Assembly: GCF_009914755.1 (NCBI RefSeq) | Contig: NC_060926.1 | DNA: 64,000 nucleotides | Strand: one strand, 5' to 3' | Source of the DNA: the human T2T-CHM13v2.0 reference genome, Homo sapiens | Shown here: one piece after another, positions 32,854 to 44,667 of the stretch | Position numbering within the stretch: the stretch's first letter is position 1 | Layout of the letters: every line of letters begins with the position of its first letter | Notes under the pieces: generated by a model | What the model was told of the DNA's origin: nothing | Databases searched by the model: none | Seen by the model: only the letters and a program-made list of their open reading frames with translations | Translations under genes and position numbers: made by a program

Positions 32854-32899
32854 ATTAAAAGTAATGGCAAGGACCATAATTATTTTTGCACCAACCTAA
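32854..32899. mobile_element. Half MADE1 (Hsmar1 mariner MITE; spacer plus one TIR) inside a MIR
   Basis: attaaaagtaatggcaa..ccataattatttttgcaccaacctaa matches one half of the 80-bp MADE1 palindrome. Confidence 0.75.
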
Positions 32900-34378
32900 T
32901 ATTATCTCATTTGATCATTTTACCAATCCTGTGAAGTAAGTAGTCACACGCCCATTTTCAAACATGTGCAAATTATGGTTTGGAGAGACCAAGAAACTTG
33001 CCCATGGCCACAGAGCAGGGGTAAAGCAGGCTACTTTCAAAGCCCAGATTGGGTGCCACTGTGCTGTGTTCCCTCCTCATTCTATAATGGATTAGAGTGA
33101 CATATTAAAAGTCACCACAAAAGTACTAACTCTCAGTCTATAGAGGGATTTGTAGGGAAACTGATTTATGGCATTAGTATATGAGAAGAAGAACAAAAAA
33201 CTAACTAATGTCAGTAATTCCTCCTATAAGCACCCAAGTACAGAAGACATCTTAACAAAGAATTTTGAATATTTAGATCTCTGCCCTTGTTAACCTCATA
33301 CTGAGTTGTGAATACTTCGAGTTACCTCAGCTCTTGGATAATCTGCAACCCAATGTATCCAAATATTATATGCAAAATATCAAATTAATTGCTCACCAAA
33401 AAGCTACAATTTTAACATCCTTCTTGTAGGTTAGCTCCAAATAGAAAATGTGGAGAAAACATACACCTAAGAAATGTGGCCTACAGGAAAGTTATATTTC
33501 TCATTCAAGTCACTAAAAAGGACATTCCTGGGGTTCCATAATTAGGTGATGTAATGTGGTGGTTAAAGCGTAGGTTTCAGAGGACAGACTTAACTTTGAA
33601 TTATGGCTCCATTACTAATTAGCTGTGTAACTATGGGCAACCTGTCTTGTAGGATAATAGTGAGGACAAAATGTGATGTACCTAGCATAGTATCTTATAC
33701 AGATTAACCATTCAGTGTAGTTTAATTATTGTTATTATGATTATGTCATCTCTCAGAAATAATAAATCAGATTCCTGAGCCTGTAAGATGGGAGAGAAGA
33801 CCTGGAATTCCAGAAAAATTATTCCAGGAGTGTCCTACTCTGCCCGACTCCCATGGGATTTCATAAAACAGAATAATTTCAGAAAATAAAAGGGAGGAGG
33901 TGGAGACCAAAAAAAAGATTGCTAACGTTTTATGTTATCAAGTAAGACGTTAAAATTCAATCAAACAAAACAAAGCAAGCCACAAATGAAACAAATAAGC
34001 CTGCTATCACCTAACCTCGCCATTGTTTCTAAGCAAAAGGGCATTTCAACATCAAAATGTCACAAAGAAATAATCTTAGAATGAAGAATGGTACTTTGTA
34101 TAAATTTAAATTAAGTGATGAAAACATCACTTAATTTATTCCATTTCCTGTTTAATAGAGGTCAGTGAAAACGTTATCTCTTTTGGTGCCAGTATGTGGA
34201 CAAACATTTGGAAAAGATTGGTGGAGTCCACTTTGCCAAGTCTGCTGTCATCCAACTAGTTGATGTTGCTGGTAGACACCTACATTGCTTCTCTGTTTCT
34301 ATGCAAGGTCACACTACAATTAATAGAGTGCTCTGTTTTTCTATAATCAGTTTTGTGGACAAATATCGTGCATATAAT

Positions 34379-34454
34379 CTGACCATGTCAGGCTGCAGAG
34401 AGTTACTGCTGGTACTGACCATGTCAGACTGCAGAGAGTTACTGCTGATACTGA
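34379..34454. repeat. 36-bp tandem duplication (2.1 copies)
   Basis: ctgaccatgtcaggctgcagagagttactgctggta / ctgaccatgtcagactgcagagagttactgctgata / ctga. Confidence 0.9.
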
Positions 34455-34854
34455 GATAGAATAGAAGATCACATGAAAATTTTAATTTTCTCCTTAAAAA
34501 TTTCTAACACTTGTCAAGCATATATTATTATGTTCCAGACGCTGTTTCAAGGTTTTATGTAAATATATTCTTTTACCAAAGCTCCACAGCATTCTTTTTA
34601 GTAGGTGAAATTACTATTCTCATTTACAGAAAAGGTGTATAAGGCATACAGAGGTTCAGTGTCACAATCTAGTAAATAGTGAGCTCTTACTCCATCACCC
34701 AACTCAACTCATCATCTCTTCATCTGCAGAGCTTGTCATCTTGTGAGGGAGTTGGTCACATAACCAGATTTTTAACAATGTAAGACTGAGGCAAGCATAA
34801 ATGACTTAGGAATATATAGAATTAATTATTGGACCATCCTGAGGTCCAGGCTGC

Positions 34855-35045
34855 TTCTCCCTCCTCCTCTTCCTCCTCCTCCTCCCCCTCCTCCTCCGTC
34901 TTCTCCTCCTCCTCTTCCTCCCCTTCCTCCTCCCTTCCTCCTCCTTTTCCTCCTCCTCCTCCCCATCCTCCTACTCCTCCTCCTTCTCTTCTCCTCCTCC
35001 TCCTCCTTCTTCTTTTTCTCCTTCTTCTTCTTTATTCTTCCTCTT
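34855..35045. repeat. (CCT/CTT)n low-complexity polypyrimidine tract
   Basis: About 190 bp almost entirely C/T. Confidence 0.95.
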
Positions 35046-35079
35046 GAAGGAGTTTTTCTTTTGTATAACATTAATATTT

Positions 35080-35392
<313 letters not shown>

Positions 35393-38059
35393 TTAATATT
35401 TATAGGTTAGTCTACTATGATAATGGAATTTGAGGGGCAGAAAACTTTCTTGCTATGCTCCCTTCACTATTTATTGCAAGGGAATATCTGTAAGCAAGAG
35501 GGTGACTTTATATGGCTGTTGACATCATAGATTTTGTTTGCTTCTTTTCTGTTTGGTTAATTAAGTTAAGCTTTTAACAAATCTAAACCCTGGATCTAAA
35601 CATGCCTATACATAGAAAAGATAAATAATACATGCTTCATTGTATCTGAAGCATTTATATCTACAGTTTTTAAGGTTTGGCATGGAACTTCTTGGAGTAC
35701 ATTTATTTCCTACTTGGAATATTAAAAAATGAGACAATACCACCAGAAAAGAACACAAAAGGCCTAGCACAAAGGGCTGGAGTCTCTCCTGATACTGAAC
35801 TCTACTTCCTCCCATAGCATGCTGAGGGAGGGATTCCCACTGTTGGAGTGGGAAGCATTTTAGTAACATGGTTCTCATGAAGGTATGTTAATACTGAAAC
35901 ATATATTAAGCCTACTCTCTGTGAAATCAGGCTTGGTTGGGACTATTATTCTACTCCTATGGCACATGGAGGCCATGTGATCAATAATACTTCTTAAAAT
36001 CCTGCTGTTTTAATTCAATGAGTTTAGTGCCTAGAGATCGCAACTATAAGAGAGCAAGGGAAATGATGCAAGAGAGCAAAAGAGAGCTAATTCATGCATG
36101 GCCTTGCAGGCTTTGTTAAGAAGCATGCAAATGGTTGGAAATCACTGGTGAATTTTAAGCAATGAATCTCAAATGGTCAGATAGAAATGTGGAATATTCA
36201 CATGGCAGTGTGGAAGATGAATTAAGAGGTCAAAGATTGGAGAAGAAGCTATTGTAATTATTAGATAGTAGGAGCTTGGGCTGTAAAGTCAGATAGGCCA
36301 ATGTTCAAACCCCAGGTCTACTACCTAATAGCTGCTTTGAAACCTGAAAAGCAGCTTCAATCTTTCTAAGCCTCCGCTTCTTACCTATATGGAGGAAGAT
36401 AGGGTAAATGGGCAGGGTTATTTGAGATGTAAGAGATTATTTGAATAGAGTGTTCCACAGAGCACCTGCCATATTAAATAAATAGCATTATTATGTCATG
36501 CAATTTTTAGGTGTCCATCACATTTTTCCATTCATATGCAATGCTAATATCAGAAAATTCTTGGAAAGCTAATGACATTTTTTTCTTTGTGCAACTCAGT
36601 ATAAAACCTAGAATGAAAACTTCACCATGAAAAGCACTTACTGCTTAAAATTAACCCTGATGAACATACACATGATTGACAGAACATCTTAACCTGAAAC
36701 TGAGGAGTATAAGTCTCTGATGGGAGAGAAAGAAGGGATGAACAAATTGCACAACAAGAGGCTGGTCGGTGGTGAGCATGTTGAGAGCAGAGGCAAATAC
36801 TGCACAAAAGGCTGGACCTACTAGTTAGATTCATCTGCAGTCTGGCTCAAGCTAAAAATCCTAGTTCTTTCTCCTCATAAGCTTTTCTGAGTTTTCGATA
36901 TTATTTCCTCATAAAATAGCACTTTGTATCAAAATGGAATTCCTTGAATGCAATTTAAGACTGGGTCTGTGTTATTACTAAGTGATCCTCTAGCTCCATT
37001 TTTTGCCTCTACAAGTAGTTTCCAAAGTAGAATCTGTAGTCTTGCAGGTGGTTTGAAGTGGCTTTTTGGAACCAGTAATACTCTTGCAGTAGACTGTATT
37101 TATTCAGTGGTGAAGCAATGAGGTCATTGTCATCCTCTAGAATAATGGGTTTATTTGACGGCGTCAGATGTCTACATTCGAACAGAAACACTGCTGCTCC
37201 AATCAGCAGTGAATTTAATTGGATACTTTTTGGTTAAAACTCTGGAAGAACAACTTTTGGACACAGAATGAAGCCATGCATAAGTTGGACTGAACTGATG
37301 AGGTGTAGAGTCCTTTGAACTTTTTGTGATCAGAACTAAAATTAATTTTTCACTATGGTTTTAGGATGGGAAGCTCTGTTTCCTAAGCCATCAATTTCTT
37401 TTTACATTTTTCCAAAGTAAGTTGAGTAAGGAAAGGTTTCCGTGACAGCCACTTACAGATAGTAGATACAATGGAGATAAATATATATGTATATATTTAC
37501 AGGTTAAAACTGGTCTCTCCTCACATTAAGTCTTTAATGAAATGTTTCTTCTATAATTTATAATTATTTGAAAACAAAAAGATTATTATTTGAACAAACA
37601 GCCAAATGAAAATGATCCAGTAATTCAAATACAATCTATTTCTCCACATCAGCACAACAGTTCTAACGCAGGACAGGATGAATTAAGGAACAGTTTATTA
37701 CCAAAAGGATAAATAAATGGGGATGGATAGAATAAGCTAAATTATTTCTCTTAAAGCATATGCGTTATGCATAGATAACATTGGCAGCAGCCTCATTCAC
37801 AGTGAGATGTAAAGGCTCTCAAAGATCCTTCTGGCTTCGGGTTCTGCACCTTATGTTCCATAATGCCACAGCTTCTTTAACTGATCCCTCTTTTGGGAGG
37901 GGCTTTCTGATGTGGCTCATCCTTTCTTCTACTGTCTATGTAGAGATTAGCACTTTGTTGATAGAGACCCAGGTGTACAGTATGTTTCTCCATGTCTCAC
38001 CTCGACTGCTCATGGCTGTCCCAGAGGTGTGCAGAAGCAGCCTACCAGAGATATATGAC

Positions 38060-38460
38060 TAGTGAGACCCAGCTTGTGTAGCTAAGCTGGGTCAGTCAGA
38101 TTTTCCTGGTGCTCTGAATTGAGAAATACTGAGACATCACGGCCATGTGTAGGAAGTCAGAAAGTTCCTTTCGGGCCCTGGCCAGCAAATTCTGACATGT
38201 AAGCTGAGAAAGGAGACAAGATATTGGCTACAGGGTGAGGAAATGGAGAAAGACGGAGGAAAGGAGCAACCATGCAGAGAGAAACTGAGGCTTGGAAAGG
38301 GGAGAGAGAGACCCAGAGGAGATGGACAGCTCAACACTCCAGTTCTTGCCTGACTCTTGTCCAGCAGCCTGCCCCTACATCCTTAGAATAGTAGCACTTT
38401 CTCTCCAGTAGCTTAATATACTATAGGTCTTGGATTTTCACAACCTAAAAGCTAACCAAA
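38060..38460 (+). mobile_element. Old MLT1K/L-like LTR, degraded
   Basis: aagctgggtcagtcagattttcc..tgaattgag..gagagagagaccc..tcacaacctaaaagctaaccaa; approximate. Confidence 0.4.
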
Positions 38461-39020
38461 AACAAATATTAAAAATGTTTCCATTGGGAAATGTGTTTAA
38501 GAAACATTGACATGATATTTTGTAAGTGCCTGTTGGTTAGAACCAAGTTAATGAAACTGACGAACTGGCCACACAATGGGCTTAAGTGAACATGGCAGGA
38601 ATTGAAAAGGTCTGGTGGGAAGGGGAGGTTCGGGAAGCTCTAACATCCTGCACTGGTTATTCCTGAGTGAACTGTGGGCTGGGAGTCTAAGGAGATGAGA
38701 GAGAAACAGTGCAAGTAACACATTTTTTTCTCCCTCAGTTAGATGACTTTCACTCAGTTGTGGTTCAGTGTTATGCCCTAAACTTCCATTGAGGCATCAG
38801 AATAAACTGCCTTCTGAGGCTCACACTTGCTTTTCATACTAAGCTGTGGTTAGCGTTGCCATCTACAACACTGCTTGTGTTCCTTTTAAGTTTTATGTAG
38901 GACATTTCTTCCAAAGCTGAGTGCTAGGTAAAATTTTGCTTCCTCTTAAGAACTGTCATGATTTGTCTTCATGAACATTGAAAAAAACCACTGAATAAAT
39001 TCTGTTACCATTTTTATTTT

Positions 39021-39075
39021 ATTTTCTTATTGTATCTTTAACATTGTTATTAACTATATTCACCGTGTTGTACAA
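39021..39075 (-). mobile_element. 55-bp L1MA-like micro-insertion with 15-bp TSD
   Basis: ttgttattaactatattcaccgtgttgtacaa (L1MA 3'UTR motif) between perfect repeats taccatttttatttt (39006-39020 / 39076-39090). Confidence 0.6.
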
Positions 39076-40334
39076 TACCATTTTTATTTTGGTTGTCAGG
39101 AAGCTCAGAGGTAAAGTCCTGGAGGAGCTTCTGGCCCGTATATCTTTATCCTCTTTCTTTTCTTCCAGGCACAGCCTCTTGGGTTTAATTCCATGTTCAC
39201 TAGATTTGACATTGACACATTAATGTTGTAATTCATATTTTAATATTTTATTGCATGCATTTCTTTAAGCCATATCAGACTGAAACTCAGGTTTTTCCCC
39301 CAGTGTCTTTATTGACTCTGTTCCTGTTCCTTCTGCCTGGAAATTCTTTACCAACCCTCACTTCCACCCACCACAAGAATCCTCACATTTCCTCCACAGG
39401 TACCACCTCCTGAAATCCCTGCTGTTGACCTCAGACCATGGGCCCTGCCCTTTGTTTGGCCTATGCTCACCAGACAAAGCTGCCCTGCATTTGCTGTTAT
39501 CTCGCTGTCCCTCTCTCTACACTGCCAGCCCCTGAGGGCAGAAACTACTCTTCATGGTGAAGCTAGTGCCCCACATGTGTTCAGAGAATAAATGGATGAA
39601 GCACTTGCTGCTTATAAAGAATTATAATTGATCACGATGCAGTACTCACTAGGTGTCAAGCAGGTATTTACGTTTTTTTTTTTTTTTTTTTTTTTTACAT
39701 ATTAACTTATGTAATTGCACCTCGTCCCCTTAAACAGGTAGTGAGGACTATTGTTTCCTCCTTTGGCAAATGAGAAGACAGGGGCCAGAAATGTTAAACG
39801 ACTTGCTCCAGCTCACATACCTAGTGGCAGAGGAAGTATTGGAATGCGGTGGTCTACCACCTGAACCTCACACTGATGTGCTTTGCTGTGCTGCCCCTCT
39901 GTGTCTTCACATACAAAGCCTAAATTCATCTTTTGATGTGAATGTTTTAGTCAATATACCCTTTTATTTTTTTCGCACCATGCTATACATATATAGGCAT
40001 TCATATGGCCCAGATCTGAAGCCTTCCTTCACTCCTTTGACTCTCCTTCGATCCTGCAGCTGAGTTACTAGATGCAAAGGAAATACAACCTTGTTCAGTT
40101 CCTAGCACATATTAGACAACTGATAAATGAAAACTGTTATCTTTGTTATTATTATTGTTATTACTACCAGTTATCTTCTTGCTAAACTGCCGTTTTCTTT
40201 AGGGCAAGGATTTTTGTCTTATTCATCTCAAATATAATTGGTGCTTGTAAATGTTAATTTGGATTGAACTGCTCATGGCAGATTAAAGGATGGCAAGCTT
40301 GTACATCTGAGACCAGAGACAAGGTAGTTCTGTT

Positions 40335-41990
40335 CTTTCATTCAATCAAAAAACATTTATTGAGCACCTATGTAGCAGTTACTACTCTAGACCATGAGAG
40401 ATCCAACCATGAGGACACAGATGATGATCCCTGTTCCACGGGGTTTGTGTTCTGGTAGAAGGAGGCAGAGAATCAAAAGCATAAAAAGCTGAAATATATA
40501 ATATGTGAGATGTGCTGTAGAGAGAACTAAGCAGACCATGAGAAGAGGGAGCACTGGAGGCATTCCAGTTTTAGAGGTGGTAATGGAAGAACTTGCTGAG
40601 AAGGCGATACTTGGGTAAGATGTAGGAGAGCTGAGAGAAGGAGCAACATGGCGGAATGGAAATTAGCCAGGGAAAGTGGTCCAGCAGAGGAAATAGCAAG
40701 TGCAAAGGCTCTGTCTTAGTCCTCTTGGGCTGTCATAACAAAGCTACCATAGACTGAATGGTTTAAACGACAGAAATTGATTTCTCTTCCAGAGGCTGGG
40801 AAGTCCAGAATCAAGGCACTGGCACATGGAGTGTCTGTGAGGGGCTGCTTTCTGTTGCATAGACGGAGCCTTCATGCTGTATCTCACGTGGTGGAAGTGG
40901 CAAGACAGCTCTCTGGGGCCTCTCTTATAAGGGTTATTACTCCATTCATGAAGGTGGAGCCCTCAAGACCTAATCACCCCCAAAGGCTTCACCTTCAGAT
41001 ACTGTCACAATGGTGATTAGATTTCAATATGTAAATTTTGTGGGAGGGCGGGCACAAACATTCAGATTGTAGCAGGCTCTGAGGGAGAAGTAGGATGCAC
41101 AGGCTTTGGGAGCAGCAAGCCAGCCAGTGTAGGCCAGTGGAGGGTTTGTAAGTGGGAGTTACACAAATCAGGGCAGTGGGGAGATGCAGATTGTGTAGAA
41201 CCTCGCAGGCCATTGTAATGGTTTTAGTTTTCCCTTGAAATAACACAGGAAGCTACAGAAGGGGTGTAAAAGGGGATGTGAGATGATATAACCTATTTTG
41301 ATAGCAGTGTTAAGAATAACCGAAAAGATAGGATGGTAGGCAGAATATAGATCACAAAGGCAGAAGGAGAAAGAAGAAGGTGTTTCCGTAATCTGTGACA
41401 ATGATGGTGCTGGCTCGTTCCAGGTTGGTAGCAGTGGAAGTCATGAGAATTCTTCCACTGTGCATATATTTTGATGGCGACATTGGCATGATGGGAGATT
41501 TGATGTGGAGTGGGAGAGTAAGAGAAGAATCACAGATGACTGGGTCTGAGTGATGCAAATGATGGAGTTGCCAAAACTGAGATGCAGAAAGCTGGAAAGA
41601 ACTCTATTTGGGACATGCTAGATTTAAGATGTTTATTAGATATCTGTGTGGGGATGTTAAGCAGATAACTGGAGACTTGAGTTCAGGGGAAAGGACTAGA
41701 AAGGAGAGTCACCATTTGGGAGACACAAGCCTATAGATAGATTTTAATGCTGTGAGACTGATGGCACCATGAAGAAGGTGAGTATATTGAAAAAAGAAAA
41801 GATGTCCAAGACTGAGTCAAAGAGATGAGGTAGAACCAGCAAAGAAGATATAGAAGTAACAGCTAAGGTGGGTAGGGGGGGAAACCAGAGAGGGCGACAT
41901 CCCAGAAGTCAAATAACAGGAGATTATCAAAGAGCAGGGATTGATCAACCATGGTCAAAGGTGCACTGAGGACAAAGAATCTTGACAGTT
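40335..41990 (-). mobile_element. L2 relic (long), interrupted by MLT1A0
   Basis: cattcaatcaaaaaacatttattgagcaccta (reverse-complemented L2 3' end), ccagcagaggaaatagcaagtgcaaaggc, gatggagttgcca..gagatg; approximate. Confidence 0.7.
40712..41074 (-). mobile_element. MLT1A0-type MaLR solo LTR
   Basis: tgtcttagtc..gaggctgggaagtccagaatcaagg..ctctctggggcctctcttataaggg..acaaacattcagattgtagca; perfect TSD ggctc (40707-40711 / 41075-41079). Confidence 0.88.
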
Positions 41991-44173
41991 ACATCTATTA
42001 CAGCAACATGTGACTCAGTGTTGACATTAGAGGGAACACTTTCTTCTTCAAGCAATAGAAGGTCAAGGGAGTTGGGCAGAGCTGCTATCTGTAAAGAAAG
42101 GGAATGGCTACCAGGAAATAAGGGGTCAACACCAAGTCTGGAAGGGACACAAGATCAAGCTGGAAGCCGCTACTCCCAGATTTTGGAGTGGGAGGAAACA
42201 GAATCTTAGTTAAAACAGGTTTACAAACAAGCAAGAATTTCCTGAGAAATTATTTTGAGTACAATGTGGTGTTTCTAGTTGATCTTTGTAGGAGATGAAT
42301 GTGTGGCGTTTGAATGTTTCAGCCAGCTCATGATATGGGTAAAAGAATGAACACAGTCTCCATTTGGAATGTACAAGTAAAAGTAAAATAATAATAAAAT
42401 ATAATTGTGGACATTTGATCCAAATGTATGTGGAAAACATTTTTAAGAGAAAAAAAATGATCAGAATAACTACATTACCGCATTTTTAAAATGTCTTGGG
42501 GTTGCTGTCATTTTATCCTTTTTAAAACATCCTTTTAGAGTCTACCAATACCCTATTTTTACAGAAAGTTGATTTTATTTTTGGACTGCACATTAATTTC
42601 ATTTCCCAGCATAATGAAATTCCACTGAACAATTTCACTATCCCTGAAAAGTGATTTGGTCATTTTGAGTCAGAAAATTGGCATTAGGCAGAAATACAAG
42701 ATCTCCCATTACTTTGTATTAAAAAATAAAAAAGCTAAAAAGAGTTTTCTGTTTTTACCGCATCTAGTGATCATTCGGGTGAAAAAAAGTGTGTGTTCCA
42801 TCTTTTGCAGTGCCAAATTTCATCGCCTTTCCTTCACTGCACAGCTTGTTAAACATGAACAAGCACTTTGGATTTCATGGCAGCATTAAAATTCTTACTT
42901 AAATTGCCTTGGAACTTGGTGACCCCTTAATTAATGCAGTCACTGCTCGACACTTTGTGTAATATTGTTTATAGAACTGATAGAAAAAACACATCTGTGC
43001 TGCAAGGGCTGCAAATATAGTGAAACAGCAAACGTAGACAAACGTTTAAATGTAGCCATGTGAAATGTCCCAACAATACACACAGAATATAGTTGCTGTT
43101 ATTATTATGATTAATGTTGCTATTTTAAAGATCTTGCAAAGAAGGACTGTGTAAAAAGATTTAAATACCAGGCTTGCCTTGGGTTTTGTTCTCTGATGGA
43201 GTTGCTGAAGGAACTTGAGCATGAAAACGACATGTTCCTTCCACTCTGGTGGGTCTCTGGAGTACATACGAGAGGAAGCTGAGACTGCTAACAAAGAACT
43301 GAGCTAACAGGTTACTAAAATTGTCCAGATTAAAACAATAGAGCTAGACCTACACTAGAAGAGACAAGGGCAATGGCTATGAGGTGGTAGATGTTAATGG
43401 GATATTTCACATTCTGCTGTGTCTTTGATTCTAGAAAATATAAGAATGACCCAATTCTCTCTTCTCCAGAGTTTTCAATTCTAATATTTGTTTCCTAACT
43501 TCACTTTGGTTAGGTGCTCCAATGTGTTCTGTTTCCTTGAGTTTGCTAAATTGGTGCTACTTCTTTCTAAAGAGCAGAGCTTAGCAGCTAAAGCAACTGG
43601 TTATTTCTTTATGCAATTCGGTAATCTAAAAGTTATCTTTGGGCAATCTTAACTCATTGTATAAATCCATTATTCTTTTACCAAATCCTAGAAATGAGAA
43701 GAGACATCAAATTTTTTCCTATGTGCCAACTATGTGTGCCTTACTTACTTCATCTGGTTCACTTTATGGTAAAACGGAGAGGTTACAATTTATATTTTGG
43801 AAATAAATCTAGCATAATTGACTATGGCAGAATGTGGTGTACAATAATTCCTGGTATTCTATTGGCTTGTGGATTAAAAGTAGAGATTGAAAATAACCCT
43901 TCGAAACTCTTAGCCCAAGAGCATTGCCTGCTGATATATCTTAGGCATAAATCTTTAAGTAGAAATTACATTTAAAACAATCAAATATTTAAAAAGACTA
44001 TTATGACTATTTATGACTCTTATATTAATCTTGAGAATTCCAAAGGAGATTCCAGTCATAATAGCCTTGCTTCCTGTGCCAATTTTTGCTTAACATGAAA
44101 ATAGGCAACAGAGGCCATTGTTCCTCTGTAAGTGCTATTAGCACATGGACAAATGCTCTCATTTTTACATCTT

Positions 44174-44187
44174 CTGCCCCCTTCTGG
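44174..44187 (-). promoter_or_regulatory. Candidate CTCF core motif
   Basis: Minus strand CCAGAAGGGGGCAG versus consensus CCRSYAGRKGGCRS (1 mismatch), in unique sequence. Confidence 0.35.
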
Positions 44188-44586
44188 CGCCTGGCCCTTA
44201 AGATGCAGCCAATAAATTGTGTTGAAACTGTATATTCTCAATAGCAGTCTAATTTGGCATATTAATATGATATAGGAAAAAAGCCTTTAATGATAATTTA
44301 CATAAAAACTACACCATTCATTTATGTACAAAAAGTCCCACATGTACCCATTTATCATTTTCTGAGTTTCTACTGTGTATAGCAGGCAGTAATTATGGCT
44401 GAGATCTTCTGAAATGATTATAGCACTGCTCTCATCCTTCAGTTCACTGTCTGATGGAGGTGACAACCCTATAAATTATTACAAAACAGTATGAAGTGTT
44501 GTCATAGAGATGGGCAAAGACTTATCATGGTATGCCTGGAGGAGGCCTTGTCAAGCTTGTTTTGATCTGGAAACACACAATCATAT

Positions 44587-44619
44587 ATAGATAGATGCTA
44601 GATGCTAGATAGATAGATG

Positions 44620-44667
<48 letters not shown>
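44587..44667. repeat. Compound GATA tetranucleotide STR with pure (GATA)12 at 44620-44667
   Basis: Read directly from the sequence. Confidence 0.95.

Noticed and set aside
34379-34454. 36-bp direct repeats (CRISPR-like length)
   Set aside because: Units are adjacent with no spacers, only two copies, human context, no cas genes.
34826-35071. ORFs encoding poly-Ser/Pro/Leu (+) and Lys/Arg/Gly-rich (-) peptides
   Set aside because: Translations of the (CCT)n low-complexity tract; no splice or promoter context.
37009-37191. 60-aa ORF with protein-like composition in unique DNA
   Set aside because: No family recognised and no convincing flanking splice sites; cannot be supported without homology search.
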